NCBI GenBank assembly: GCA_951406725.2
Contig: OX597821.1
Coordinates: forward strand, 31,744,001-31,808,000
Origin: Octopus vulgaris
Taxonomy: Eukaryota
Length of the DNA: 64,000 nucleotides
Reading direction: 5' to 3'
Positions within the stretch are counted from its first letter, which is position 1; the number at the start of each line of letters is the position of its first letter. The notes under the pieces are model-generated. The model was not told the DNA's origin. It saw only the letters and a list, made by a program, of their open reading frames with translations, and did no database searches. A program made the translations under genes and the position numbers. Positions 1 through 12,008 of this stretch are shown here, piece after piece.

Positions 1-671
1 AGAAAACGTGTGTGTAAGAGTAAGAATGTGTGTATGTCTGTGTGTGTGTGCATGAGTGCCTCTTTGCGTGTATGTGTGTGTGTGGAATGTACGAAAAATG
101 AATAACCTAAATGCGTGTGGAAACGGACATATATTTTGTGATCAAATGTAAAATGCAGGGTATATCTGTTACAGCAGCTCTGAATGAAAGCCCGAACGGT
201 TGATTGGGCTGCAGAGATTAATAATATAGTAGTTTCGTGTTGGTGACTACAATAGTCCAAAGTTGAAGTACGCAGACAGTGAATAAATTATCCATGGAAT
301 ATATTGCTATTAATACACGATTATTCCTTATTTGTACTTGTATTTTTCCGGTTTGCTTCCTTTTCTAGAGAGAGGACATGCGGTAAATTATTATTGCATG
401 TGTGCCAGTTAAGAGCTTGTGTTTCAAGGAGAACTGTAACTAATTTCGGATAACAGGGAATATGATACAAGATACTGTATTATTTGGGATAAACTTCGCT
501 AAGAAATATATTCACATGTTACTGGGAAACTGACTGGGGGCAACGTAACACAAAATGCTGAAAATAGGTTAATATGATGTATTGTTATCCACTGATCATG
601 ACATAACTCAAGATATGTAATAAGGCTTCAAATTCAGCTTGATGTTTGTTTTAATGAAGGTGGTGTCTTAC

Positions 672-740
672 TTCGTGCTTTATGGTGATACTGGGTAAGA
701 CGTCTTACGACAACTTCGCTCTCTGCCTTTCGATGGTCAT
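672..740 (-). CDS. Internal coding exon (69 bp, phase 1/1) of a putative host gene: (H)DHRKAESEVVVRRLTQYHHKAR
   Basis: Minus strand has acceptor tttttcatttcgaattacAG and donor cgaa|GTAAGA around an open frame. Phase matches the end of the exon at 28763-28908. Confidence 0.6.
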
Positions 741-1409
741 CTGTAATTCGAAATGAAAAAATGCATTCGCTGTGTCTGATAAAGGCATTATCTGAGAAAA
801 GGTTTTTGTTTTCTAGGAATAAAAAACAATAAATGCCCTGAAAAGAAATTGTAAAGAAAATAAGCAAGGTTGCAAGAAAGTGGAACATGTATAGGGAAAG
901 AGGAAAATGAATAACATATAAAAGATATCAAAGCCGAAGGAACTACAAAAGTGCGAAAAAGAAAGGATGAGAATTAGGAATAAAGGAACGTAAAAAATGG
1001 AGGAAAAATCATCGATACAACAATAGTGGAATAATGGAAAACGAATACCTTATAATTATTATTCTTTCACAATCATAATAAATGAATTTGCATTGTTATT
1101 TCATTACATACTTAATTTCATTTTATTACAATATGCACGCGGATCCCATTTTTCTACTGGAAATAAAGCAAGTATTATCATATTGATTGAACAAAGAAGT
1201 GAAAATTCTATTAATGAAATAAAATTCATAAGAACGGCAACTTGCGTAGAAAATGGAAAATGAATCGTATATCTTATTAAATGGCATTCGAGGATAAATA
1301 CTGAGGTATGTTTTAGGAAACAATTGTTCGGAAATGATTTAGCTACAGGAATGTGAAATACTATTATTCGTTGTCATATATCCACATGGAGTTAATAAAT
1401 TAGCATATA

Positions 1410-1645
1410 AAGGAAGCATGACAAATGAATAGATGATTATCCTATGAACTTCATTAGCTGTTTCTACTGTACGAAGCAGTGGATTCATAGTTGAGTACCT
1501 GGATAACACATAGCTTAATCGGTGTCTTGAAAATTACGCGCAATTTATTTGGGAAAAAATTACGTCCCTGGCATAATATAGCAGAAACAAATGTAAGCTA
1601 ATGAAGTTCATGGAATAATAATTTATTCCTTAGTCATCGCTCCTT
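1410..1645. mobile_element. MITE-like imperfect inverted repeat
   Basis: atgaacttcattagct (1444-1459) is the exact reverse complement of agctaatgaagttcat (1596-1611). Imperfect pairing extends to arms of about 50 bp. Confidence 0.55.
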
Positions 1646-1789
1646 GTTAATACTGCTCTACATTCAGGTGTGTTACCCAAACACACGTACAGGGTCTCTT
1701 GAAATAGTAAATAGTCTTTTACGATAACACCGATGACCAGGTCAGTTTGAACTTGCCTACTACCATAATGTAAACCTTTTTGAACTCAT

Positions 1790-1871
1790 AATATTCTGTG
1801 CGTGTATACCAATATTCCACAGAACTTTTTAATAATTCCTTCTGGAAACTATCTTTAACTTTGCCTTGAGA

Positions 1872-1923
<52 letters not shown>

Positions 1924-2190
1924 TGCCCAATATTTTAATGAACTTGTTAAACTTTTTTTATGTTGTTAACATGTTCTTGTTATCAAAGAATATATGTATA
2001 TATGTATTATAGTATTTTGTGACAGCCAATATTCTGCGCGTGTATGAATATACAGATACGATACCAATATTCCACTGAACTTTTGAATAATTCCTTCTGG
2101 AAACTGTCTTTAACATTTTCTTGAGAATGTATATTGATGTTGGAATCATTTGTGCCCAATATTTTCATGAACTTGTTAAACATTTTTATG

Positions 2191-2192
<2 letters not shown>
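1790..2192. repeat. Diverged tandem duplication (~240 bp period)
   Basis: aatattctg(t/c)gcgtgtat...ataccaatattccac...aataattccttctggaaact...ttgagaatgtatat...tgcccaatatttt..atgaacttgttaaac occurs at ~1790-1955 and ~2028-2190. Confidence 0.85.
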
Positions 2193-2229
<37 letters not shown>

Positions 2230-2315
2230 TATTAGATACAAAACCACTATTTTGCAAAACAAACAAGGAAAGACTTAATCAATACATAAAATTTTAATAA
2301 ATAGTCAAAAAAAAT

Positions 2316-2362
2316 CGCCACTACAATCGTTTCTTATCTTGATCGACAATCTTCAGGTGGAC
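2316..2362 (-). ncRNA. Type I hammerhead ribozyme (left arm)
   Basis: Minus strand: CCAC-CUGAAGA-UUGUC gaucaa GAUAA-GAAA-CGAUUG-UA-GUGG. Intact core; stem II has one G-U pair. Confidence 0.8.
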
Positions 2363-4050
2363 TTCAATCTAAAATATCAATATTTTAAAATATACAAATA
2401 ATAGTTTTAAAATAATTAAAGTATGAATGAAAAAATATAAATATATAATCCATATATAACCTATATATAATCCATATATAATCAATATATAAACAATATA
2501 TAAACTAAAATAAACCTATCAACAATTAAATATAAAATATAAAATATAAAATATAAAACAAAACAAAAAAATAATAATAATAATATAATAATAAACTATA
2601 TATACACCCATACACATATACCTAATTATATATAACCATATCTAACTACATACACTAAAGCACACACCTATATATATATCCCTATACATACACATAAAAA
2701 CGTCTAGGCAACTATAAATATATAAAATAGCTAAATACTTCAACACAATACTTATTCATACTCCCACACACACACACATACAACCCACATTCACGCTCTA
2801 GAAAACGGACATCACTCAAAATTATGAACGGAGAAATGGAATAAATGGAATTAAAAATTATATTCACTTGGTAAAACGAACACTACTTAAAAATTATGAA
2901 TGAAACCGGAGCGGTTATACTTTTTATACATATGTTAAGTTCCTTGGTAAAGTAATTTTGTTCGTGTATATGTTGAGGCTTATATGTACTTGTGGGTGTG
3001 TGTGAGTGGGGTGGGTGTTTGTATTTGTTATGGGTGTGTGGTTTACATGTGTGTTTTTGTGTGTGAATGTATAGGTTAAAGGGATTGCTATATAAGTATG
3101 TTATAGTGTTTAGTAAAGGGAGGTTTTATCATTTCTGTTTTGTGAGTTTTAGCTTATCATGGTAGTTTTATAAAAGAATCCATTCATAATTTTTGTGTTC
3201 ATTTGTCTGTGTGGGGTTGAGTGGGTTTTTGGAGTATATGTTGAGGTTTATATGGATGTATTGGTATGTGTAAGTGGTGTGGGTATTTGTATATGTCGTG
3301 GGTGTGTGGTTTACGTGTGTGTATTTGTGTGTGAATGTTTAGGTTAGGGGATTGCTATATAGGTATGTTATAGAGTTTAGTAAAGGGAGATTTTATCATT
3401 ATATGTTTTTGTGAGTTTTGGTTTATCATGGTAGGTTTGTTAAGGAATTCGTAGTAATTTGTGTATATTTGCGATGTCTGTTGTTTTATTGCATTGTTTC
3501 ATTCATAATTTTTAAGTAGTGTTCGTTTTACCAAGTGAATATAATTTTTAATTCCATTTATTCCATTTCTCCGTTCATAATTTTGAGTGATGTCCGTTTT
3601 CTAGAGCGTGAATGTGGGTTGTATGTGTGTGTGTGTGGGAGTATGAATAAGTATTGTGTTGAAGTATTTAGCTATTTTATATATTTATAGTTGCCTAGAC
3701 GTTTTTATGTGTATGTATAGGGATATATATATAGGTGTGTGCTTTAGTGTATGTAGTTAGATATGGTTATATATAATTAGGTATATGTGTATGGGTGTAT
3801 ATATAGTTTATTATTATATTATTATTATTATTTTTTTGTTTTGTTTTATATTTTATATTTTATATTTTATATTTAATTGTTGATAGGTTTATTTTAGTTT
3901 ATATATTGTTTATATATTGTTTATATATTGATTATATATGGATTATATATAGGTTATATATGGATTATATATTTATATTTTTTCATTCATACTTTAATTA
4001 TTTTAAAACTATTATTTGTATATTTTAAAATATTGATATTTTAGATTGAA

Positions 4051-4097
4051 GTCCACCTGAAGATTGTCGATCAAGACAAGAAACGATTGTAGTGGCG
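4051..4097 (+). ncRNA. Type I hammerhead ribozyme (right arm)
   Basis: CCAC-CUGAAGA-UUGUC gaucaa GACAA-GAAA-CGAUUG-UA-GUGG. Intact core, perfect 5-bp stem II, minimal stem III, predicted cleavage after GUA at 4091. Confidence 0.85.
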
Positions 4098-4537
4098 GTT
4101 TTTTTGACTATTTATTAAAATTTTATGTATTGATTAAGTCTTTCCTTGTTTGTTTTGCAAAATAGTGGTTTTGTCTCTAATAATATTTTATAATATTTTA
4201 CTATAAAATTGGATTTAATCCTAAATCTGATTTTTTTCCCTGTAAATTTGGATTTATTCCCTAATATTTATTATTATATATATATATATATTGTAGCAAT
4301 TTGTGACAAGCAACAACCAAACTTTTGCATGTTACATTTGACAATCGTTTTCTAAAGTGTGGAAACGGTAAAGTAAATAAACATCTTTTAAAATTGCATT
4401 TTCAAACCTTCTTTCGTATATAATTCCACTCGTGCGGTACCTTACAACTCCACTTCGTTATATATATATATAGTAGTACTTTTTGGTCACTATAACGTAC
4501 CTGTTCTATATATAACTGTGTTACTACATTTTAACTC

Positions 4538-4635
4538 CAGGAAAACATCTGTTTCATCTGGTCTGATATATTGTGAAATGGAGAGGGAACCACTTCCTTC
4601 TAGCTTTGCAAGACCGGTGGATCATAGTCTTCTGA
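4538..4635 (-). ncRNA. Degenerate hammerhead-like motif in a short element bounded by (TA)n
   Basis: Minus strand: agaaga-CUAUGA (core with a deletion)-...cggucu...agaccagau-GAAA-cagaug-UU-uuccu. Confidence 0.3.
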
Positions 4636-4810
4636 CCCGACCCAGACCCCAACATATTATAGTGGCAAAATATACTACTGGGTGTTACCGTATTTATATG
4701 TCGTTTAGAGTTATTAGGACTAGCTACTTTTCATTATATATATATATATATATATACATATGTATGCATATATATATATGTATGTATATATATAGATATG
4801 TATGTATATG

Positions 4811-4848
<38 letters not shown>

Positions 4849-5249
4849 TATGTATGTGAGGGTATGTATGTATTTTTATGGATATATAGATAGATATTTA
4901 GATAAATGGGTAGAGAGTATGAGAGATAGACATAGAGAGAGAGGGAGGGAGAGGGAAAGGGAGAGGCAGAGAGAGATTGACTGATTGACAGGTAGCTATA
5001 TAGGATTGTTCTTAACTTCGCAGAAAGTAATATATTTTTTGTCAGTGCTTTAAGTACATCACTCGAAAGTGTTTTACGTTTAAGTTGTAAATGTTGTTTT
5101 CCATTTAAGCAACTTTTCACTATTTCACATAAGATTGTGATTATTACAATGTATAATATGCAATGATTTTTAGTATTTAAACTGTGATTTTATCGTATAT
5201 ATTTGCAATTTATAGTGGCAGAATTTACTGGACAAAAGCTACCGCGTTG

Positions 5250-5507
5250 AATGATGTGGATAAATTATTGGAAAATGTAATTATCTTATGAATGATTAAA
5301 TAATGCAGGTCAGAATATCTGAATAATCTGGAGACTGTTTTAACTGAAGAATGGACAAGAATTCCTTTAGGAACAATTCAAACCTTCTAGGAATCCATAC
5401 CTCGTAGAATTCAAGCTGTAAGTACGGCCAAAGCCGGTCCTACCCACATATTAAAATAAATTTGTTTGAATATCTTAAGGTGTTTCCATTATATTGTCCA
5501 AAGCCTG
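5250..5507 (+). mobile_element. Internally deleted Tc1-type transposon
   Basis: Translates to LETVLTEEWTRIPLGTIQTF*ESIPRRIQAV..AKAGPT (Tc1 C-terminus). 3' TIR gtttccattatattgtccaaagcctg followed by TA. Confidence 0.7.
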
Positions 5508-5552
5508 TATACTTAGTGTGTATACGTGTGCATGTCCGGTAAGCATAATATC

Positions 5553-5760
5553 ATCATTTCACCACAGTGAAAATTCACCGTAAGGAATGTTCACTGCGAA
5601 GAATGTTCACCGCAAAGAAAATTTACGGGGAGATATAGTCACAGGAAGAGAATTATTTAAATGCCTTATTTTCGAAATTCACCGTGAATTTTCCTGACGA
5701 TGAATTGGTGGCGGTGAACTCTACTTCGATGTGTTGATGTCGATGAATTTATCTGCAATC
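5553..5760. mobile_element. Small DNA-transposon relic with inverted arrays of ~15 bp subterminal repeats
   Basis: Units like ttcaccgcaaagaa repeat on the left; inverted (c)ggtgaa/cgatgaa units repeat on the right. Confidence 0.5.
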
Positions 5761-5989
5761 GTGTGCATGTGTGCATGTGTCTGTGATCACCTTTTTATTT
5801 TCACCAGCGTACAACGTCTTATCGTGACATTTATACCATTACGGATTTGCTTTTCACACCTAGATCCATCAAGGTGGCTGTTTCTATCAGCTGTTGCTGA
5901 CTCGGTGTTAGGTCCCGATTTAACAACCGGAACCTGCAGATTGTCCGTAATGTCTGCAAGAAAATTGCTATTCAGAGTTCGTGGTTGCT

Positions 5990-6260
5990 GTCACGGCTTT
6001 CTCACTATGTTTGTCGTGTTCCGGGTAGGCGAGCTTGCGTCCTCAAAGGTAGAGCAGTGTGTTGAAAACATCAAGATTTCAGTGTATGTTAGATAAGTAT
6101 TGCACATTAAGTTGACAGACCACGAAATTTATTCAGAGAATGAATGTAGCTGTATCAAAGTATTGTTATTTCAATGGTGATCGATGGATAGTTCTTCATG
6201 AAGGAGAAACATGGGCAAAAGTTTCTAGGAAAGTAAGCTTCTTCTCAGTCACAAAGATCA
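5990..6260 (-). mobile_element. Possible degraded Penelope-like RT thumb fragment
   Basis: Minus frame EKKLTFLETFAHV..RTIHRSP..QYFD loosely resembles the PLE motif KLPFLDV..TSVYRKPT..QYL. Confidence 0.3.
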
Positions 6261-7124
6261 GCATATATCCAGCCCTTATACTGACCAATTTCTAACTCTG
6301 TTCCAAGATGCACATAATGTCAGCATCTAATGGAATAACTTTATCAACATTAGAATCCACGAATAGAATGTGTGCATATATGTATGCATGTATATGTATG
6401 TATATGTATATATATATGTATGCATATATATAAGTGTGTGTGTGTGTGTAAAAATGTCGAATTAGAATCGTCTTTTAATTTGGAGGCTTCCAAAAGAAAA
6501 TTTCTAATATAGACTCTTCCTATTTTGCTGGTAGCTTACTGGCGTAAAATTGCGAATATGAAAATAGTACCTGTATATGGTGTTTTGTGAATTTAGGGAA
6601 AGAAATCCCATGACACTCAACAATTTTGATAAAAATGGAGAAGAGAAGGTGCTAAAGTATGAAAGTATTTTAATTCATGCTGACGATCGTTTCGTACAGC
6701 GATATAAAAATCAAGCAAATTCATGCTTGAAGAGAATTAATCAAATTAATTGGATTAAATTAAATTAATTATATATCACTATACTCTTCAGTGCAAGAAG
6801 TATAAACAGACTTTTTACAAATGAATTCAAAAACGAAAAAAGTAGAATAGGAGATTTTTATGTATTCTTATGAGGATGAAAGATATGTGTGAGTCCAGTT
6901 AGGTATTAACTAAAACTAAAGGCTATAACGGTTATTTGAAAATTTACGTGAGAGAGGTTTCAGAGACGCTCCCTCTCTACTCACGATATACATATACATA
7001 CACACGCATGCATCCACACATACACACACACACACGTGCACACTCACATATATTTTTAATATATTCATGTATGTGTGCATACATGTATGTGACTATTTAC
7101 TTTCATTTTATGATTTCTTGATTA

Positions 7125-7805
7125 TAGAGAAAGAGCTGGATTCTAACCAAGATTCATGGCTCCCACAGTGGAATTTCAACATCAACAGGGTATTTGTGTA
7201 TGAATGTATGTATGTTATGTGCATATTTGTATGTTTTGTCTAATTTGTATCTTCTCGTGCATATATTTGCATATCTAAGCATGCTCATATATACTTATAT
7301 GATAAAATTCTGGAAAGTTTTGCAGATTTTATATTTCCAGTGATAACTTGGATCTGTCGTCTTCGAATCAGCTCACTCCTTTCTGATTTTGAGAAGCCAA
7401 AATTTTCAATATTAGTATTTAGGCAGTGTGTTACATATCCTGGTGCCCTAATAATTACAGGTATAAACCGGAACTTATAATCTGAATACAGTAATTGCAG
7501 ATTTTACAATAGTTCAGCGTAGGTATTCTCTTTTTCACTGATCTTCAGTTTTATATTAACATCCGTTGGGTAGCTAATTTCCACAACATTACACAATTTC
7601 TCTTCTCTGTCCTAAATCAATATATTAAATCCGTTGTGCCTACAATTTATAGAGGTTTTCACTGGGACCTTCCGCGAGTATTCATTTTTATTATGTGTGG
7701 CTCTGGTTTCTAACACACTGTGGGTTCTCATTCCTTTCTCCTCAGGTTATCCTTTCGACGTATTTCATTATATAGTATCCTAGCTACAATAATTTGTCTC
7801 ATCGA
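7125..7805 (-). mobile_element. 3' fragment of an R4/Dong-like (RLE) non-LTR retrotransposon
   Basis: Encodes DREEKLCNVVEISYPTDVNIKLKISEKENTYAELL..LQLLYSDYKFRFIPVIIG (PD-(D/E)xK nuclease region). Homologous to 53475-54520. Confidence 0.8.
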
Positions 7806-7856
7806 TGTATGTATGTATGTATGTATACATACATAGAGTCTCCAGTTTATCATACA

Positions 7857-8190
7857 TACAGTCATCTTCGTAGTCATAAAGCGAGACAGATAAGTGACAA
7901 CCTGGCCACTGGTGATGGTATAACACACCATACTAATCATATCTGTCGGGCATGTGGAAGAGAGTGTAATTCGGCAGGAGGACTTAAACGACATGCAAAG
8001 GTACATGAAGCCCAGTTACAACTACAGCCGGCTATTACCGGTAAAGGTTTTAGTTGCCAATTCTGTACAAGATATTGTAGATCTTTAGCTGGGCTAAAAA
8101 GTCACATTCGATCACAGCACCAGTAACAATAAAAATTTGTGCAATGGCCATACTCGATAACAAGGGGTCAGTCATAATAATATAATATAA
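7857..8190 (+). mobile_element. 3' end of an RTE-type LINE with C-terminal C2H2 zinc fingers
   Basis: CRACGRECNSAGGLKRHAKVH and CQFCTRYCRSLAGLKSHIRSQH*, then a short 3' UTR and an (ATA)n tail. No TGEKP linkers. Confidence 0.65.
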
Positions 8191-9631
8191 TACGCTTACA
8201 TACCTGTCTATATAATCATATATGAAGACATATGTTTACAGGGGTATGGATATCTTTATGGATTTCTTCTTAAATGGATATCTTCTTTTTTTTATTTCAG
8301 CTTGAAGGTTGTCCACATAAATACGTATATAACGATTTGTACTTAACTATATGTGCGGATGCATACATGTCTCAGAAGTTAAGCAGTTCGCTTGTGACCT
8401 ACAAGCTTTCAACATCAAGGCAGCGTCAAAATGTTGCGTTTACTTCTGACTCGGGTCGACCCATGTCTTCTAAATGAAGTTCGTTAGACAGAAACAACAT
8501 TAAAACAATTCGAATTGAGTTGCTTTTTATTAAAAAGCCTTCTCATATCTACATAACACTGCTTCTCCTCGAGTTTTAGTTAAAATACACGCGTGTCTAT
8601 GAAATACCCAGGCAATTCGAACGCTAATTCAAGCATCATGTATATTCGATCGAAGAAATTAACGCTCAAAATATGGAATTCGACCTAATTCATCTACTCA
8701 AAGGCTGGGCATGATCCTTAATGATATTTTCAAAAAATTATTTTATAAGCTGTTATTGAAAACGGCTTTACAGTATCCAGCTGAATATACATTCGTGAAA
8801 TTTTATGCCTCTTCTAGAAACCTCAATTTTCAAGGTATTTATTATAGGACCAGAGTCAGTAGATTACCAGGTGCGTAAGAATTATTTTAAATTATCTATT
8901 ATCTATTCACGCCAAATTATGAAAATTGCATCGTAATCACTGGGCAATTGGTCATTTTAGAAATTCGTGCGTCTTTGAACTATGAGATCAAAGGAAACCG
9001 CACTCGTCTAAGGAAGCGCCATTCATGGACTGCTAAACAGCTTAGCATGTATTTCGTATTATCTGACGTTGCTTGGGTAATTTCATTTGTCAAAGATTTT
9101 CAAATCATTATAATAACTGTTTAAACCAACCGTATTTATATAATCTGTCTATTGAAATGGTATTAAATGTGGAGTCATTCAGTTCTAAGGACACGATAAT
9201 TTGTCTAATAAAACGGAATTAAGGAAATGTTTATTTTCTCGTCTGATTAATTAAATGTAAAAGTTTAACTCGTACTGAGTCATGTCAGATCCGGAGTTAA
9301 TATCATCAGCTAAATCATCAATTTTTATCATTACCGTATATTTTCTTTCTTTGATTTAACTCCCGCCTTCCAACGCATAGACTGTTTAAACACATGTGGC
9401 TACGTTTCGTTGGCCGCAGCTAATCAATTATCTGTATTATCTTCAAAATGTGTCACTTTAGAACAAACAACAGGTAGGTTGTAAGCATCTACCTGCTTTC
9501 AAATAAGAGCTAAAACCTGAATTCAACCACCGGGAGGGACCAAAATAATAGAAAATAACAATAACCAAGGAAATCGATAAATAATTAAGACATTGAAAAG
9601 CATACCTATAACAATTATGCCATTCAGATGC

Positions 9632-9687
9632 TCATATACCAACGTTTCGGGTTCTGGCCCGATGGCCCTAGACCTTCTTCAGTACGA
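9632..9687 (-). ncRNA. Type I hammerhead ribozyme
   Basis: Minus strand: UCGUA-CUGAAGA-aggucuagggcc aucg ggccagaaccc-GAAA-CGUUGG-UA-UAUGA. 5-bp stem I and intact core. Confidence 0.75.
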
Positions 9688-9982
9688 AATAATAGGGCAA
9701 AAAATTTTTAAATTGCCACGTTATTAATCCATCTGCATCTTTCCTGATTTGCACCAAAAACCAGTCTGCGTGGTACAAATATTTATGAGCAAAAACATTC
9801 GAATCTTTACATTTGAAGTAAGAATTTAATATTGTTAATATTATCTGTGGTGTATATTTTTAAATGATAATATTATGTTTTTTCGCAAATATTTGCACTG
9901 CGTGGGCTGGTTTTGGTGCAAATTAAACCAGTACGCTGATGGATTTATAAAGTGACGGATTTGGAATTTTTGCGCCAGTAAC

Positions 9983-10040
9983 TCGTACTGAATAAGGTTG
10001 AGGCCCATCGGTCCAGGACCCGAAACCATGGTATGTTGGT
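9983..10040 (+). ncRNA. Degenerate type I hammerhead (G8 changed to U)
   Basis: UCGUA-CUGAAUA-agguugaggcccaucgguccaggaccc-GAAA-CCAUGG (palindrome)-UA. Inverted paralogue of 9632-9687. Confidence 0.55.
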
Positions 10041-10048
10041 ATGTATAT

Positions 10049-10118
<70 letters not shown>

Positions 10119-10341
10119 CTTACAATTCACTTCCACTTGATATCTCTGTTTCCAAGAGTTTAAGCTTCTATTTAATTCACATATCGCTCTCATTTATTAG
10201 TTTTCTGCTTATTTCTTTCCTTTATCCCTCCTCTTTCTATAGGGTATCTTTGAAGTTATTTTCTGTAACGGTTTTCTAAATATGCACATCCATCACATTC
10301 TGGTAAAATGTCTTATTGATGAGTTTGATTTCTTTCTCTCT

Positions 10342-10426
10342 TTCCTTGATGAGAAGATTACATTGTTTTACACCATCTTATTCCTTTGGAATAATACCAA
10401 TGTTGTCTTCGAAACATATGTCGGAA
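10342..10426 (+). ncRNA. Type I hammerhead variant (U at position 3) with a long stem II
   Basis: UUCC-UUGAUGA-GAAGA uuacauug...caauguug UCUUC-GAAA-CAUAUG (palindrome)-UC-GGAA. Confidence 0.7.
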
Positions 10427-10635
10427 GTACAAGAATTTGAATAACAACTGCGTTTAACTCCATCTATTTATTTATATATATTATACAAAATATTTCACAT
10501 CAAACCCAGAGTTTCTACCTTTACAAACAGCTTGTTGCGTCCTTATAACTTCTGTGATTTTTTTCCTGCCCTGGTAACTGTTTATCTATTTTTCCGTGTT
10601 AATAGTAAACAAGGCAAAAATACACACACACACGC

Positions 10636-11405
<770 letters not shown>

Positions 11406-11455
11406 TATATATTATAAAAATTTATACGATATACGATATATGTATGCAGTAACAT

Positions 11456-11505
<50 letters not shown>

Positions 11506-11619
11506 TGCATGCGTGTATGCATACATGTTTATGTGCATGTGCTTGTCGACACGCAATTAATGAATGTATTAGACAGATATACGAAAGGTAGTGGGTCGTT
11601 TACTTTAAATATTGAATGC

Positions 11620-12008
11620 TAATTTTGCCCACAAGGCCAGGAATTTCAATGGAGGAGGTAGTTCGATTACTTTGACCAGAATATCCAATTGGTACTTACT
11701 ATAGGGACTCCAGAAGGATAAAAGCCAAGTGGACATTGGCGGAAGTTGAACTCAGAATGTGAAGAGTAACGAAATGTGTGCTAACTATTCTGCCAACTCA
11801 CCGCCTTAAATTTACTTTTTACTTTGCATTCAAATTTTGGCACATGGCTAGCAAATACGCGGGGGGAACTAAGTCGATGAGATCGACCCCAGTACTCAAC
11901 TAGTACTTATCTTCTCGACCCTGATAGGAGGAAAGGCAAACTCCACCTCGAAATGTCACAAAGCATTTTGCCCGGGGTGCTAACAATTCTGCCAACTCAC
12001 CGTCTTAA
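11620..12008 (-). mobile_element. Two tandem degraded tRNA-derived SINEs (same family as 32441-32655)
   Basis: Both copies end in ttctgccaactcaccg(c/t)cttaa, the reverse complement of the head ttaag(g/a)cggtgagttggcagaa. Confidence 0.75.

Larger units (their letters stand above)
2221..4275. mobile_element. Young non-coding fold-back element with ~690 bp inverted arms, probably derived from inverted Penelope-like pseudo-LTRs
   Basis: 2221-2906 is a near-perfect reverse complement of 3496-4191. The spacer holds two diverged ~270 bp copies. (TA)n flanks both sides and each arm has a hammerhead. Confidence 0.85.
9440..10045. mobile_element. Older fold-back element with ~150 bp diverged inverted arms and terminal hammerheads
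   Basis: 9632-9800 pairs with 9875-10040 (for example atttgcaccaaaaaccag / ctggttttggtgcaaat). Abuts (TA)n on the right; the left boundary is approximate. Confidence 0.75.

Noticed and set aside
7794-8126. Host C2H2 zinc-finger gene
   Set aside because: The start lies in a microsatellite, there are no TGEKP linkers, and the end looks like an RTE 3' UTR with a tail.
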